From positions 1 through 64,000 of IMG/VR virus record IMGVR_UViG_3300023174_000141: a stretch of DNA of 64,000 bases; one strand, 5' to 3'. Each line of letters opens with the position of its first letter. Position 1 is the stretch's first letter. This document shows, piece after piece, positions 44,093 through 54,757 of this stretch. This stretch comes from a virus. The position numbers were made by a program, and so were the translations under genes. The notes under the pieces were generated by a model. The model had not been told where the DNA came from. It worked only from the letters and a program-made list of their open reading frames with translations, and did not search any database.

Positions 44093-47000
44093 ATGGCGCG
44101 CAACTACGAAGAGCTGAAGGCGGCCCTGGCGAGCGAGAAGGCGGCGACGCAGGCGCCCACCGCACAGCAGGCCGTGGCGCCCACCCCCGCTGCTCCGGTT
44201 CCCGCACCCGCGAAGAGTGCCGGCGGCATCCCGTCGTTTCTGCTCCCGCCTGCCGAGCCCACGAAGGCCAAGGTTCAGAAGAGCGCACTCCCCTCTTCCC
44301 CGAAGATAACGGCTCCGGCCGCACTGCGCAAGGCCAAACTCCCAACTCCTGCCGAAGTTTCTGCCGAAGTCAAGGCTGGCGCGCCGCGCGCCCAGCCCGG
44401 CGCCGCGCCCCAGTCGCCGCCCGCCGCCGACATCGTTCTGCCTCCGGACCTCCAAAAGGAGGTCGACTGGCGAAAGGTATACGACGCTTCTGGTGTCGGT
44501 GTGCGCACCGCGAAGAAGAACGCGGCGCAGCTCCTCGGCATGGAGGAAAGCGAGCTGGAGAGAATCTCGCAGGCCCAAGGTGTCGACCTCGACAGCATCG
44601 ACAAGGCGAAGACCAAGGGGCGCACGTTCGATGAGATCATGCGGGCTGGCCGCGAGCGCGGTGTTCTCGGCTTCCTGCCCCAGGACGAGCGCCTCGCGGT
44701 GTTCCGGCGCACGGCCGAGACCGTGGAGAAGGCCCAGCGCGGCGAGGCGGACGACCGCCCCATTGAGCTGATCAAGTCTGGCGCCGACCGCGGCCTCAGC
44801 GGTGGCGGAGCCGCGGCGGGTGGAATGCTCGGCGCGGCGGGCGGCCCCATTGGTGCGGGTGTCGGTGCCGCGGCGGGGTCTGTGCTGGGTTCCGGCGGCT
44901 ACATGGCGGCGGGCACCTCCACCGAGCTGCCCGAGGTGTCGAAGCCCGGCGAGTACGGCTACCTCGCGAGCTCCCTGCTGGCGGAGGCTCTCCAGAAGGA
45001 CCCCAAGGCGTCTCGCATCTACGACCTCTACGGGCGTGGCGTTGCGACGGGCAACACCCAGCAGTACATCACCGAGCGCACGCTCGACCTGCTTCAGCGC
45101 GCGGGCGCTGCGCCGGGCAGCGCCGAGGCGGAGGAGCTCTTCCCGAAGTTCCGCCGTCGCGCCATCAACGAGGTGCTGGCCTACAAGACCATCGGCCAGT
45201 GGACGCCCGCCATCACGATGCAGGACGTTGAGGTGACCGAGGGTGCGAAGGCCCCTGGCTTCTTCGCGGCGCTCGGCCCGAACGTGGAGCTCGTCGGCAT
45301 CAACAACAAGCAGCAGGCGGTCTACCGGCAGGAGAGCCCGCTCGGTGTGCTGTTCCGCGTCATCGACATCCCGCAGGAGGCGCTCGTCGCGAAGCTCGAG
45401 GGGCAAGACGCGGCGACCGGTATCCAAGCCGGCTCGAACCTCTTCGAGTACGCCATCGAGCACACCAAGGACGAGTCCGCCTACGTCCGCTATCCCGCGA
45501 TGGCCGCGGGCTTCCTCGCCTCGGCGTTCTCGCCCGATCTGTTGCTCGCGGGCGGCGCCGCCCAGAAGGCGGGCAAGCTTGCGAAGCGCGCCTACGACGT
45601 GAAGAAGAATGGCGCGAAGGCCATCGGCCTCCTCGAGACCGTGGCGCAGGCGCGCCAGGCGAAGGACTACGTCAAGGCGACGGACGCCGAGAAGGCGCTG
45701 CGCGAGCTTTCCCCCGGCCTCGCCGACCAGCTCGACCGCTACGACGCGAACGCCGCGTCGCTCATTGAGCTCGTGGACCCGAACACCGACATCCTGCGCG
45801 AGGACATGGCGTCCCTCATCGGCTCGCAGATCCCGTCGTCCAAGGAGTTCGCGGCCGAGCGCGTCTTCCTCCATCCGTCGAAGCGGAAGGAGATCGTTTC
45901 GGGCAAGCTCCCGAAGAAGCACGTCCCGCTGCCCACCTACTCGGGCCTTTTCGACACGCACGACCTGATGGACCGCGCGGCTGCGGCCAAGCAGTCCTAC
46001 ATCGCCAACGCGCCGAAGAGCATCGACGAGTACGCCCAGAACTTCGCCCGCGGCACGACGCGCGACGTGCTCGGCAAGGCCGTCATCGGCGGCGCCGGTG
46101 TGCTGACCCCTGCGCAGATCGACGAGATCGCCGACATCGTCGCGACCCACGCGCCCGTCGCTCTTACGGACGAGCAGCGTTTCGCCGACCTCGTGCGCCA
46201 GGATCTCAAGGCGCACCCGGAGTACGGGCAGGCCAAGTACAACATCATCCGGCAGGTGGTCTACACGCCGGGTAAGAACAAGCTTCGCGGTCGACTCGAC
46301 CGCAAGCTGACCGGCATCAAGGGCAAGACGGTCGTCGACCTCCAGACCCCAGACATCGCGCTCTTCGACCGCGTGATCGCCGCCATCGAGAAGAACAACG
46401 AGGCCCGCGCCACGGGTGCTGCGCTGCTGCGTGAGGAGATCGCCAAGGAGGCGAAGCTCCGCGTTGAGCCGCTCAACGTCTTCGACGACGTGTCGCTGAA
46501 GACGCCGGGCGGCGACCCCATCCGCCTCTCTCCTGGCGGTGTGCTGTGGCTGCGCCAGGTGCGCAACGCGCGCCCCGAGATGGACTTCAAGGACGCCTAC
46601 GGTGCGGTCACCGTTGTCGACCAGTTGGTCGTCGCCGAGGCAAAGAAGCGCGGGGTCGACTCGTTCGACCTCTACCGTGAGCTGCTGCCCACCATCCGCG
46701 ACGCGACAGACGCTGAGATCCTCAAGTACACGGGCCGTCCCCGCGGCAGCGCTCCTCCCGCCGCGCCCGCGGCTCCTGCTGCCGGTGGCGCACCTCCTGC
46801 TCCCGCCGCTCCCGCCGCTCCCGCCGCGCCCACGGCCGCCGCTCCGGCGATGCCGCCGGCGCTCATGGGCGCGCCCGCGGTGATGACCGCGCCTACGGCG
46901 ATGACCCGGCAGGCCGCCGCTGCGGCGGCGACCAAGTTGACGGCGGCGGCCGGGCTTAGCCCCCACGGCGTCCTCGCGGCTCAGTTCGTCGCGAAGCTCC

Positions 47001-50000
47001 CCGTCCTGATGATCGAGGAGGACGTCACCGACCTCGCGCAGGCGAAGACCATCCTGAGCGATGTCTCGCGCAACGCGCGGGACTATTATGGCGCGCAGGG
47101 CCTCCAGACGGGCATCTTCAGCGCGGCTCGTGACGGCGCCGTCTCGCGCGCCGTCGCGGTGGGCGACGTCCGCGTCGTCGTAGACCAGCCGAAGGTCGAC
47201 GAGGCCTTCACCATCTACGTTCTCGTCGGCGACAAGCTCAGCCGCATCCAGGCCCCGCAGGGCCTCAACCCTGTGGCTGCGATGCGCCGTGGCGTCGACG
47301 AAGCCGAGAAGATGATGGAGGCGCGCGTCAAGGCGGGCCAGCCCGCCATCAAGGGCGCACCGGTCGCGGTCGTGTCGCAGCCCCAGATGTTGCCGACGCC
47401 TCGCGTGTTCCCGCCCGTTCCCGAGGAGATCGACCTCGACATCACGCAGGCGCTGCCCGCGACGATGAGCGACGAGGACATCGCTCGCGCCGTCGAAGCG
47501 CGCGTGGCCTCCGGTGCGCCCGAGGAGATGGCCGCCGAGATGACCCAAGCGCTGCCCCCGCAGCGCCTCACTCCGGCGCAGCGCTCGGCTGGCTTCGAGC
47601 GTCTGTTCCAGAGCGGCGAGACCCCCGAGCCGACGGCGCGTCTCTTCGAGGAAGCCGAACCCACGACTGAAGTGACCGCATCTCTCCTCGAGCCCACTCG
47701 GGAGATTCCGCGGCGTCGAATCCGCGCCGAACTGGTTCGTGGCGAGCAAGACATCCAGCGCCGTCTGGCCGAGGGTGAGGCCGCGTTCCAGCGCAACATC
47801 GAGGAGCCTCGTGCCCGCCTCGCCGAGCTCGAGCCCACGGCCAAGGTCGAGGCTCCCGCCGCGGAGCGCGTCGCCCCGGAGGTCGCCGAGGAGGCGCCTG
47901 TCGCGGCCGAGCCCGTGTTCCAGGTCGAGCCGAAGGCCGAGGCCCCTGCCGCGGCGGCTGCTGAGGCTGTTCCGCCCGCAGCCCGGGTCGAGGCCGCGGC
48001 GCCGCACCGCGGGTCTACGTTCTCCTCGGGCAAGGCCGCCCGCGACGCAGCGGAATCGGCCAAGGCGCAGACGACTGCCGCGCCGGAGTTCGCGTCGTGG
48101 TTCAGCGGGTCTCAGGTCGTCGACGACGCCGGCACCCCGCTGATCGTGTACCGCGGCGGAACCCCGGCAGATGTGATCCCCACCGCCGCCAAGGCGGGGT
48201 CGGTCCAACTCGGGCCGGGGGCGTACTTCGGCGGTGTCGGCCTCGCGGAGGAGTTCGCGGGGTTCCGTCCTGGCGGTGAAGTCGGGGCGTACTACCTGTC
48301 GCTGAAGCGCCCGTTCAACGAGATCGAGTCGGCGAAGACCGACCCCGAGCTGTTCAACCGGTTCATCGGAAAGATGCGCGACGCGGGAATCCCCGAGAAG
48401 ACCCTGCGCGAGATCGACAGGCCCTACGCAGGCGTCCTCACGGATCTGTCCAAGGACTTGGCGAAGGTCCGCGGACTAACGGGCAGCGACGCGGCGTGGC
48501 GCGCGGCTGACGAGGTCAACGCTGCGCTGCGCGAGGTCGGCTTCGACGGCATCGTGGCTGACTGGAATCGCGGCAACGTGCAGTACGTCGCGTTCGATCC
48601 TGACCAGATTCGCAGCGCGACCACCAAGGTCGAAGAAGCAGTAAGCGCGGGCCCCGCTCAGCCCTCCGGTATCACGCCGGCGGCTGTCGCGCCCGTCGTT
48701 GCCGAAGAAATGTCGGAAGGTCTCAAGAAGGCGCTTGCCGACGTGAAGAAGCTCCGCTCGCCGAAGGCGACGGACAAGCTGCTCGGCGAGATCGCGGCGT
48801 CGACCCTGGCGCCGGCTGAGAAGGTCCGGGTCTACGAGAACCTCAGCTCTAAGCTCGAGACGCTCGCCGCGGCCGAGGAGGACGCCATCAAGCAGAGCGA
48901 GCTTGAGGGTCTTCTCAGTAAGGCGGCGGATGCAGAGTTCCGCGCTCGAGGGGACGCGGAGCGGGCGCTTCGTGAGAGCTTCGCGCAGGCTCCCGAGGAA
49001 GGCCGCGGTCTCAAGCAGATCAGCCCGACCGGCGACGTAAAGGGCGTCACCGAGCTCATGGCGGACGGCCGCAGCGTCATCATCCTGTTCCAGGGGGCGG
49101 ACGCCTCGACGGTGCTCCACGAGGTCGCGCACGTCGTGCGCCGCAACGTCCTCGACCAGGACGACATGAACGCCATCGCGAAGTGGGTGATGAGCCGCGG
49201 CGTCGGCATCACCGGCCATCGGTACGGCGAGTTCGAGGGGTCGCCCGCGGACGTCGAACAGGCCGAGGAGCTCTTCGCCAAGGCGTTCGAGGAGTACGTC
49301 CGCGCGGGTGTGGCGCCGAACAACCCGGCGGTCCAGTCGGCCTTCGACACGCTCAAGACGACCATCGCGAACATCTACCGCGGCATCTCCGACCCGGTTA
49401 TTGGAGTGAACCTCCAGCCGGAGGTCCGTCAGGTCTTTGACAAGCTCCTCTCCGAGACCTCGGAGCAGTCGGGCGCATCCATCAAGCAGGTCCTCCGCAA
49501 GGAGATCCTGGGCACAAACGCGCGCGAGGAGACCGGGTTCCTCGATGTCCTGTCGAAGGAGGCCCAGCGCAAGGGCATTCCGATGTCCTCGGTGGAGGAC
49601 CTCGCCAAGCAGTTCACCACGGCCCAGCGCAACAAGGCCGCGGCGAACGCACCTCACGTCTCGTTCCCGGTGCCCGTGCTCGGGAAGAAGGACTGGAGCC
49701 TCGACGACCTGGCAGAGCTCCAGGCGGCGCGCGAGGTCGACACGGCCGTCGCTGCGGCGCGGAAGAAGGGCATCCTGCTCGACCTCACCGGCTCGAGGAC
49801 CTCCGCCGCGGCGGTTCCCGAGGACGACGCGGTCGAGTCGCTGCGGAGCGCCATCGCGCACAACGACGATGACAGCATGCTCACCGGTAAGGCGAAGCAG
49901 GCGTCGCGCGTTGTCGCCGCGACGTTCTTCGGCGGCGACGTGGTGGGCGAGAACGGCATGCGCGGGTTCCCGCCGGAGCTCCGCAACGCCATCAACACGA

Positions 50001-52945
50001 CGGTCGCCGTCGTCGAGCAGAGCGTCGGCGACACCGTGTCGCTCACCAACGACGCGCTCGAGGTTGGTCGTAGCTCTGTGCTCTACCGCTACCTTGGTGG
50101 CGAGGGCGACATCCGTCGTCTGGCGGGCCGCCCCATCGTGTCGGCGGGCCACGACTACATGGGCTCAGTGCGTCAGATGTTCAAGCGGGCCATCGACTCG
50201 CTGAACCCGGAAGAGAAGAAGGGCCTCGAGCTGCTGTGCGACGCGCTCAACCAGCCGGCCGGCGCGCAGCGCAACCGCGCGCTGGAGCTACTGGGCTTCG
50301 ACAACAACGGTGCGACGTTCCGCCTGGCTGACGCGGCGCGCCAGTCGACGCAGGACGCGGCAGTAAGCGCCGTGAACAAGCTCCTCTACCTCCAGACGAA
50401 GGAGAACGAGACGGACTTCGGCGCGGCGCTGGCGACGGCGATGCGCCAGGCGGTCGAGGCTTCTCCGACCCCGCGGCCCACGCACGAGATGCGCCTCGTT
50501 GAGGCGATGAGCTACATCGCCGGCAACACCAGCCGTGGCGGCGCACTCTTCTCGGGTAGCTCGGTCAACGCGGCGGAGGTCTTCCTCACCGACGTCGGGT
50601 CCATCTACAAGAGCGAAGAGGCGGCGCGTCGCGTCGCCGCGCTCGTGGGGGGCTACGGCTCGGCAGCACTCGGGAAGAACATCCTCGTCAAGCTCAACCT
50701 CGGCATCACCCCGGACGCCTACAAGGCGTTCACGAAGTGGATCGCGGGCGAGCAGTGGGACCCGCGCTTTACCGAGGAGATCCAGCGCGTCGTGGACCGC
50801 TACGGCTACAACCCCGAGTTCGTGGCCGACCAGGTGCTCGCGAGCGACATGTACATCCCGCGCATGGCGCGTGAGCGTATGGGACAGGCCCTCGCCCGCT
50901 CGGTCTACCGCCCGACCACGGCGGTGACGGGTGGCGACGCGCTCAACATCACGTACCGCTACATGAAGACCCGCATGACCCGTGGCTCGTTCGTGCTGCG
51001 CCCGAAGTACTTCATGGCGAACACGGTCGACCACTTCATCCAGATGGCGATCACCAACGGCTTCGGTGTGGCCGCGGTGTCGCTGACCCGCGTGCTGGCG
51101 CAGGACCTCATGGTGCTGCCGTTCTGGCAGCAGCTCGTGGACGCGGCGCAGAAGGTTCCGGTGGTCGGCGGCATGGTCCCGCGTGATGTGCTCGAGCGCA
51201 CGCGAGCGATGCTCCAGAAGCAGGGCGACCGAGCCGCCGGTCACATCGGCAAGCTCTTCAGCGTGTCGAAGTACCGCATCGAGGTGAACCCCATCCTCGA
51301 GGGCGTTGACGGCGGCTTCGTGGTGGGTGGCAAGGTCTACCGCTACCGCGACATCCGCGACATCGCGGTGCAGGAGCGCGTGTTCGCGTCTTACGACACG
51401 CGCCAGCTCGCCAACGCCATCGAGCGTGAGGGCGCGCTGTTCTTCTCTCCGACCCTCACGGGCTCGGGCGGGACGCTCACCACGGCTACGGGCAAGTCGC
51501 GCATCCGTGACTTCCTCGCCGACTGGCAGACCACGGTGTCGGACACCGCAGAAGCCTGGGGCGAGCGTGAGCGCCTCGGCGCGATGGTGTCGCTCATGGA
51601 GGTCGGCTACGACCCCCGCACGGCGGCGCGGCTCACGACGCAGGCCCTCTACGACTACAGTCAGTCCATGACGAAGGCCGACCGCTCGATTCTGGTGGGC
51701 ATCATGTTCCCCTTCTGGGCCTTCCAGAAGAACGCCAACCAGCAGGTCTTCAACAACATCTTCAGCCCGTGGGGCGCGTACCGCATGATGTGCATCAAGC
51801 GGGCGCGTGAGCGCGGCATGGATGCGCTGGCGGAGGTCCTCTACAACGAGGTCGGGGGCGAGTACGGTATCGACGTCGAGAGCATGCCGCCGGAGCTCCA
51901 GTCGTCCTACTACGCGGTCATCACGCGGTTCGAAGAGTCCTACCCGAACAGCGAGCCGCCTCCCGAGGCCAAGCGCGCGATGCGCATGCTGCTCGCGGGA
52001 CGTGGTCGCATGGTGGAGGAGGGCAAGCTCGTCGAGCTCGCCGAGAACCTCCAGGATCTCCGCATGAGCGGCGGGTTCGCGGACTTCCAGCGCTTCGCGG
52101 CCTTCGCCGTCGCGCGGCCCAGCAAGTCCGAGCGTCCGACCTACATGCGCGACCGCATCGGCGCCGCCATCCCGTTCCCCCGCACCGAGGCTGTGCGGAT
52201 GTACTACTCGATGGCCGGCGACGACCACTCCTACATGGAGCTGTTCATCCCCGAGTCCTCCATCGAGGCCGGCTTCCGCCACCTGACCCAGGTGAGCGCA
52301 GCGTACATGCTGATGGGGGCGGCTCCGGTCGACTTCCTGATGGGCGGCGACCTGACGCAGGGCGGCATGGACGAGGTCAAGCTCACTCGTGTGCTCGAGC
52401 CCATCGCTGACCCGGCGCGCTCCCCGCTCATCGCCCCGCTGCTCGCGGGCTCGGTCAGCGATGCGGTGCCGCCGCGCAAGGTCTCGAAGCGCCTCGCGGG
52501 CGCCGCCGAGGGTGTGACGAAGATCCACCCCTTCGTCGGGAAGATGATGGACGACGCCTTCGGGACGACGTTCATCCGCATCCCCGAGATCTCCGACCCC
52601 TTCGTCGTCGACCCCGACCGTGGTGAGCTGATGGGCCTGCCCCCCGAGGAGGCGCAGCGGATTCGCGAGCTCCAGAAGCAGTACCCCGATGTGGGTATCG
52701 TCAAGGACCAGCGCTACTACATCCCCGGCGGGACGTGGTCGGTGGCGTTCGACAACTCGCCGCTGGGCGAGCTCAACGCGCTCCTGCTGCGCTACGAAGC
52801 CAACCCGCTAGAGCGCTCCGACCTGCGCGGAGAAATCCTGAGCTGGTCGCGCGGGGCGCTCGGCCTTGATGTAGAACTGGTTTCGCCGCAGGCCGTCATT
52901 CGGCGTGAGGAGCCCACGAAGCTCGAGTCCACCAAGAAGATGTAG
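44093..52945 (+). CDS. Giant polyvalent internal virion protein (ART-like and zincin domains)
   Basis: 2950 aa; WFSGSQVVDDAGTPLIVYRG..GPGAYF..GFDGI..YVAFDPDQIRSA; STVLHEVAH..EELFA; C-terminal LYDY..FPFW. Confidence 0.85.
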   Translation: MARNYEELKAALASEKAATQAPTAQQAVAPTPAAPVPAPAKSAGGIPSFLLPPAEPTKAKVQKSALPSSPKITAPAALRKAKLPTPAEVSAEVKAGAPRAQPGAAPQSPPAADIVLPPDLQKEVDWRKVYDASGVGVRTAKKNAAQLLGMEESELERISQAQGVDLDSIDKAKTKGRTFDEIMRAGRERGVLGFLPQDERLAVFRRTAETVEKAQRGEADDRPIELIKSGADRGLSGGGAAAGGMLGAAGGPIGAGVGAAAGSVLGSGGYMAAGTSTELPEVSKPGEYGYLASSLLAEALQKDPKASRIYDLYGRGVATGNTQQYITERTLDLLQRAGAAPGSAEAEELFPKFRRRAINEVLAYKTIGQWTPAITMQDVEVTEGAKAPGFFAALGPNVELVGINNKQQAVYRQESPLGVLFRVIDIPQEALVAKLEGQDAATGIQAGSNLFEYAIEHTKDESAYVRYPAMAAGFLASAFSPDLLLAGGAAQKAGKLAKRAYDVKKNGAKAIGLLETVAQARQAKDYVKATDAEKALRELSPGLADQLDRYDANAASLIELVDPNTDILREDMASLIGSQIPSSKEFAAERVFLHPSKRKEIVSGKLPKKHVPLPTYSGLFDTHDLMDRAAAAKQSYIANAPKSIDEYAQNFARGTTRDVLGKAVIGGAGVLTPAQIDEIADIVATHAPVALTDEQRFADLVRQDLKAHPEYGQAKYNIIRQVVYTPGKNKLRGRLDRKLTGIKGKTVVDLQTPDIALFDRVIAAIEKNNEARATGAALLREEIAKEAKLRVEPLNVFDDVSLKTPGGDPIRLSPGGVLWLRQVRNARPEMDFKDAYGAVTVVDQLVVAEAKKRGVDSFDLYRELLPTIRDATDAEILKYTGRPRGSAPPAAPAAPAAGGAPPAPAAPAAPAAPTAAAPAMPPALMGAPAVMTAPTAMTRQAAAAAATKLTAAAGLSPHGVLAAQFVAKLPVLMIEEDVTDLAQAKTILSDVSRNARDYYGAQGLQTGIFSAARDGAVSRAVAVGDVRVVVDQPKVDEAFTIYVLVGDKLSRIQAPQGLNPVAAMRRGVDEAEKMMEARVKAGQPAIKGAPVAVVSQPQMLPTPRVFPPVPEEIDLDITQALPATMSDEDIARAVEARVASGAPEEMAAEMTQALPPQRLTPAQRSAGFERLFQSGETPEPTARLFEEAEPTTEVTASLLEPTREIPRRRIRAELVRGEQDIQRRLAEGEAAFQRNIEEPRARLAELEPTAKVEAPAAERVAPEVAEEAPVAAEPVFQVEPKAEAPAAAAAEAVPPAARVEAAAPHRGSTFSSGKAARDAAESAKAQTTAAPEFASWFSGSQVVDDAGTPLIVYRGGTPADVIPTAAKAGSVQLGPGAYFGGVGLAEEFAGFRPGGEVGAYYLSLKRPFNEIESAKTDPELFNRFIGKMRDAGIPEKTLREIDRPYAGVLTDLSKDLAKVRGLTGSDAAWRAADEVNAALREVGFDGIVADWNRGNVQYVAFDPDQIRSATTKVEEAVSAGPAQPSGITPAAVAPVVAEEMSEGLKKALADVKKLRSPKATDKLLGEIAASTLAPAEKVRVYENLSSKLETLAAAEEDAIKQSELEGLLSKAADAEFRARGDAERALRESFAQAPEEGRGLKQISPTGDVKGVTELMADGRSVIILFQGADASTVLHEVAHVVRRNVLDQDDMNAIAKWVMSRGVGITGHRYGEFEGSPADVEQAEELFAKAFEEYVRAGVAPNNPAVQSAFDTLKTTIANIYRGISDPVIGVNLQPEVRQVFDKLLSETSEQSGASIKQVLRKEILGTNAREETGFLDVLSKEAQRKGIPMSSVEDLAKQFTTAQRNKAAANAPHVSFPVPVLGKKDWSLDDLAELQAAREVDTAVAAARKKGILLDLTGSRTSAAAVPEDDAVESLRSAIAHNDDDSMLTGKAKQASRVVAATFFGGDVVGENGMRGFPPELRNAINTTVAVVEQSVGDTVSLTNDALEVGRSSVLYRYLGGEGDIRRLAGRPIVSAGHDYMGSVRQMFKRAIDSLNPEEKKGLELLCDALNQPAGAQRNRALELLGFDNNGATFRLADAARQSTQDAAVSAVNKLLYLQTKENETDFGAALATAMRQAVEASPTPRPTHEMRLVEAMSYIAGNTSRGGALFSGSSVNAAEVFLTDVGSIYKSEEAARRVAALVGGYGSAALGKNILVKLNLGITPDAYKAFTKWIAGEQWDPRFTEEIQRVVDRYGYNPEFVADQVLASDMYIPRMARERMGQALARSVYRPTTAVTGGDALNITYRYMKTRMTRGSFVLRPKYFMANTVDHFIQMAITNGFGVAAVSLTRVLAQDLMVLPFWQQLVDAAQKVPVVGGMVPRDVLERTRAMLQKQGDRAAGHIGKLFSVSKYRIEVNPILEGVDGGFVVGGKVYRYRDIRDIAVQERVFASYDTRQLANAIEREGALFFSPTLTGSGGTLTTATGKSRIRDFLADWQTTVSDTAEAWGERERLGAMVSLMEVGYDPRTAARLTTQALYDYSQSMTKADRSILVGIMFPFWAFQKNANQQVFNNIFSPWGAYRMMCIKRARERGMDALAEVLYNEVGGEYGIDVESMPPELQSSYYAVITRFEESYPNSEPPPEAKRAMRMLLAGRGRMVEEGKLVELAENLQDLRMSGGFADFQRFAAFAVARPSKSERPTYMRDRIGAAIPFPRTEAVRMYYSMAGDDHSYMELFIPESSIEAGFRHLTQVSAAYMLMGAAPVDFLMGGDLTQGGMDEVKLTRVLEPIADPARSPLIAPLLAGSVSDAVPPRKVSKRLAGAAEGVTKIHPFVGKMMDDAFGTTFIRIPEISDPFVVDPDRGELMGLPPEEAQRIRELQKQYPDVGIVKDQRYYIPGGTWSVAFDNSPLGELNALLLRYEANPLERSDLRGEILSWSRGALGLDVELVSPQAVIRREEPTKLESTKKM

Positions 52946-52954
52946 GAGGTACAC

Positions 52955-53389
52955 ATGGCATCCGATCCCCGCTACGGCGGCTTCAACCACGCAGGCATCA
53001 GCTACAAGCACCAGGCCGCGCTCACGGCGGCGTACCAGGTGTTCACTCTCACGGCCGACCAGACGAACTGCGCGCGCACCGCGGCGGTCCCTCCGTTCGC
53101 GCTGCTGAAGAACATCAACTTCGAGCTCGACACCATCGCCGCTGGCGCGTCGAAGGTGACGTTCTACTTGGCGCGCGACGCCGCGGGCGACATCCCCGTC
53201 ACGACGGTCTACACCGCCGACGTGGTCTTCGGCCTCACGACCGCCACGAAGGGGGTTGCTATCGCGTGCATCGACCTCGACTACCACTACCAGGCTCTGG
53301 CGGCGGAAGTCCTCGGGACGCTGTATCTGGTGGTGAAGCTTAACGCCGGCACCGCGAACGGCAACGTGCGCCAGCACTGGCGCGCTTAA
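52955..53389 (+). CDS. Small beta-rich virion-type protein
   Basis: SD AGGAGG. Confidence 0.65.
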   Translation: MASDPRYGGFNHAGISYKHQAALTAAYQVFTLTADQTNCARTAAVPPFALLKNINFELDTIAAGASKVTFYLARDAAGDIPVTTVYTADVVFGLTTATKGVAIACIDLDYHYQALAAEVLGTLYLVVKLNAGTANGNVRQHWRA

Positions 53390-53461
53390 AAGTTCATCTA
53401 GAACGCTGACCTAGCGCCCTCTTTCGACCTGTGATACCGTTTGCCGAAAGAGGGCACAGGC

Positions 53462-54046
53462 ATGGCTGACTCCGTCACTCAGTTCAGTGGAGGCTGGTAC
53501 GCCGCCCCGCCGTCTACGGCGACGGCGACTGTGGCCTACACCGACGGTGTTCTGATCCCCGGCAAGGCGCTCAACAAGAGCGTCTCGCAGGCCACGACGA
53601 CCATCAGCAGCATCGACACGAACGCGGCTGGGGTGAAGTTCTCCCTCTTCTACAGCCTTCGCTGCGCCTACAACGTCAACTTCGCCGGCCAGGTTCGGGC
53701 TCGCGTGTCGTGGGGCACGACGGCGGGCGCTGGCGCCGGCGCCACGGGCCGCTGGAATCTCGACATCCGCCGCAAGGACACCGCCGGCAACGTCTCGACG
53801 ATCAACGGTCTGGTGAAGGGTTCCGGCGCCACGCGTTCCATCGCCGGCATCGCGAACTACGTCGACAACCAGATCGTGACGAACGTGCCCGCCCAGACGT
53901 TCGTGCCCGGCGAGAGCCTCGTGGCGGTGCTTGAGTTCGAGGTCATCGGGACTGCTGCGGCGGCGACGCTGGGTGTTGTGGTCAAGACGAACCCGGCGAC
54001 CTCGGGCGACGAGCTCATCGTTGAAATCGACTCTGGCACGCCGTAA
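53462..54046 (+). CDS. Beta-rich virion-type protein
   Basis: Thr/Gly/Val-rich ORF. Confidence 0.65.
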   Translation: MADSVTQFSGGWYAAPPSTATATVAYTDGVLIPGKALNKSVSQATTTISSIDTNAAGVKFSLFYSLRCAYNVNFAGQVRARVSWGTTAGAGAGATGRWNLDIRRKDTAGNVSTINGLVKGSGATRSIAGIANYVDNQIVTNVPAQTFVPGESLVAVLEFEVIGTAAAATLGVVVKTNPATSGDELIVEIDSGTP

Positions 54047-54061
54047 GAGGGGGGCTGAACG

Positions 54062-54355
54062 ATGACGACGCAGATCGTAGAGACGGGCGTGAACTTCAAC
54101 AAGCCGATCCAGCTCCCCGCGTGGGTTCTGGTTGTGCTGCTCGGTGGTGGGGGCTCCTACCTCACATGGCACGAGTTCGGCCCCAAAGAGCCACCTGCCG
54201 CCGTCGCTGCGCCCCTGCACCACGACTGCGGTGAAGCTGTGAAGGCCGATGTCGCCGCGCTCAAGACCGACGTCGCGGCGCTCAAGGTCCAGATGGACCA
54301 GATGGACGCCCGCCTGGCGCGCATCGAGGAAGCCCTCATCAACGGAAAGAGGTAG
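54062..54355 (+). CDS. Single-TM coiled-coil protein
   Basis: WVLVVLLGGGG TM segment; DVAALK twice. Confidence 0.7.
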   Translation: MTTQIVETGVNFNKPIQLPAWVLVVLLGGGGSYLTWHEFGPKEPPAAVAAPLHHDCGEAVKADVAALKTDVAALKVQMDQMDARLARIEEALINGKR

Positions 54356-54358
54356 ACC

Positions 54359-54757
54359 ATGTCCTGCTCCGGCTCCGGCGGTTCCGCCTCCTGCACCTCC
54401 ATCGGCAACGTCTTCACCGTGACGGGGTCGTTGACGAACTACGCGGCCACGACGGACCTCACCATCGACACGGGTGGCGGTATCGCCACCGTCAACGTGC
54501 TGCGGGTCAAGGTCAAGCGGACCTCCGGTACCGCGGCGACGTTCACGCCCCGCCTCTACAACCTCTCCGGCGCGGCTGCTGGAAGCATCAACATGCAGTT
54601 CGAGGGGAGCTCCACTGCGGTGGCGACGCTCTTCGATGTGGCGTGTGCCGGCGTCGTGTTCCAGACGGATACCTCGGGGCAGTTCTTCCTCGAGCCCGGC
54701 CCGAACGCTGGCGCCGACAACGCTTTCGACTATGAGATCAGCTACGAGGTGATCTGA
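54359..54757 (+). CDS. Small beta-rich virion-type protein
   Basis: SD GAGG; TGATG overlap. Confidence 0.65.
   Translation: MSCSGSGGSASCTSIGNVFTVTGSLTNYAATTDLTIDTGGGIATVNVLRVKVKRTSGTAATFTPRLYNLSGAAAGSINMQFEGSSTAVATLFDVACAGVVFQTDTSGQFFLEPGPNAGADNAFDYEISYEVI

Noticed and set aside
46750-46860. PAAPAA repeats, also at about 41620, 41820 and 43210
   Set aside because: Low-complexity Pro/Ala linkers inside proteins.
44036-48208. 1390-aa minus-strand ORF, and similar long ORFs at 8624-10759, 25144-27615, 50288-52528, 57428-59533 and 61328-62896
   Set aside because: Antisense shadows of real high-GC3 genes, with no motifs and biased composition.
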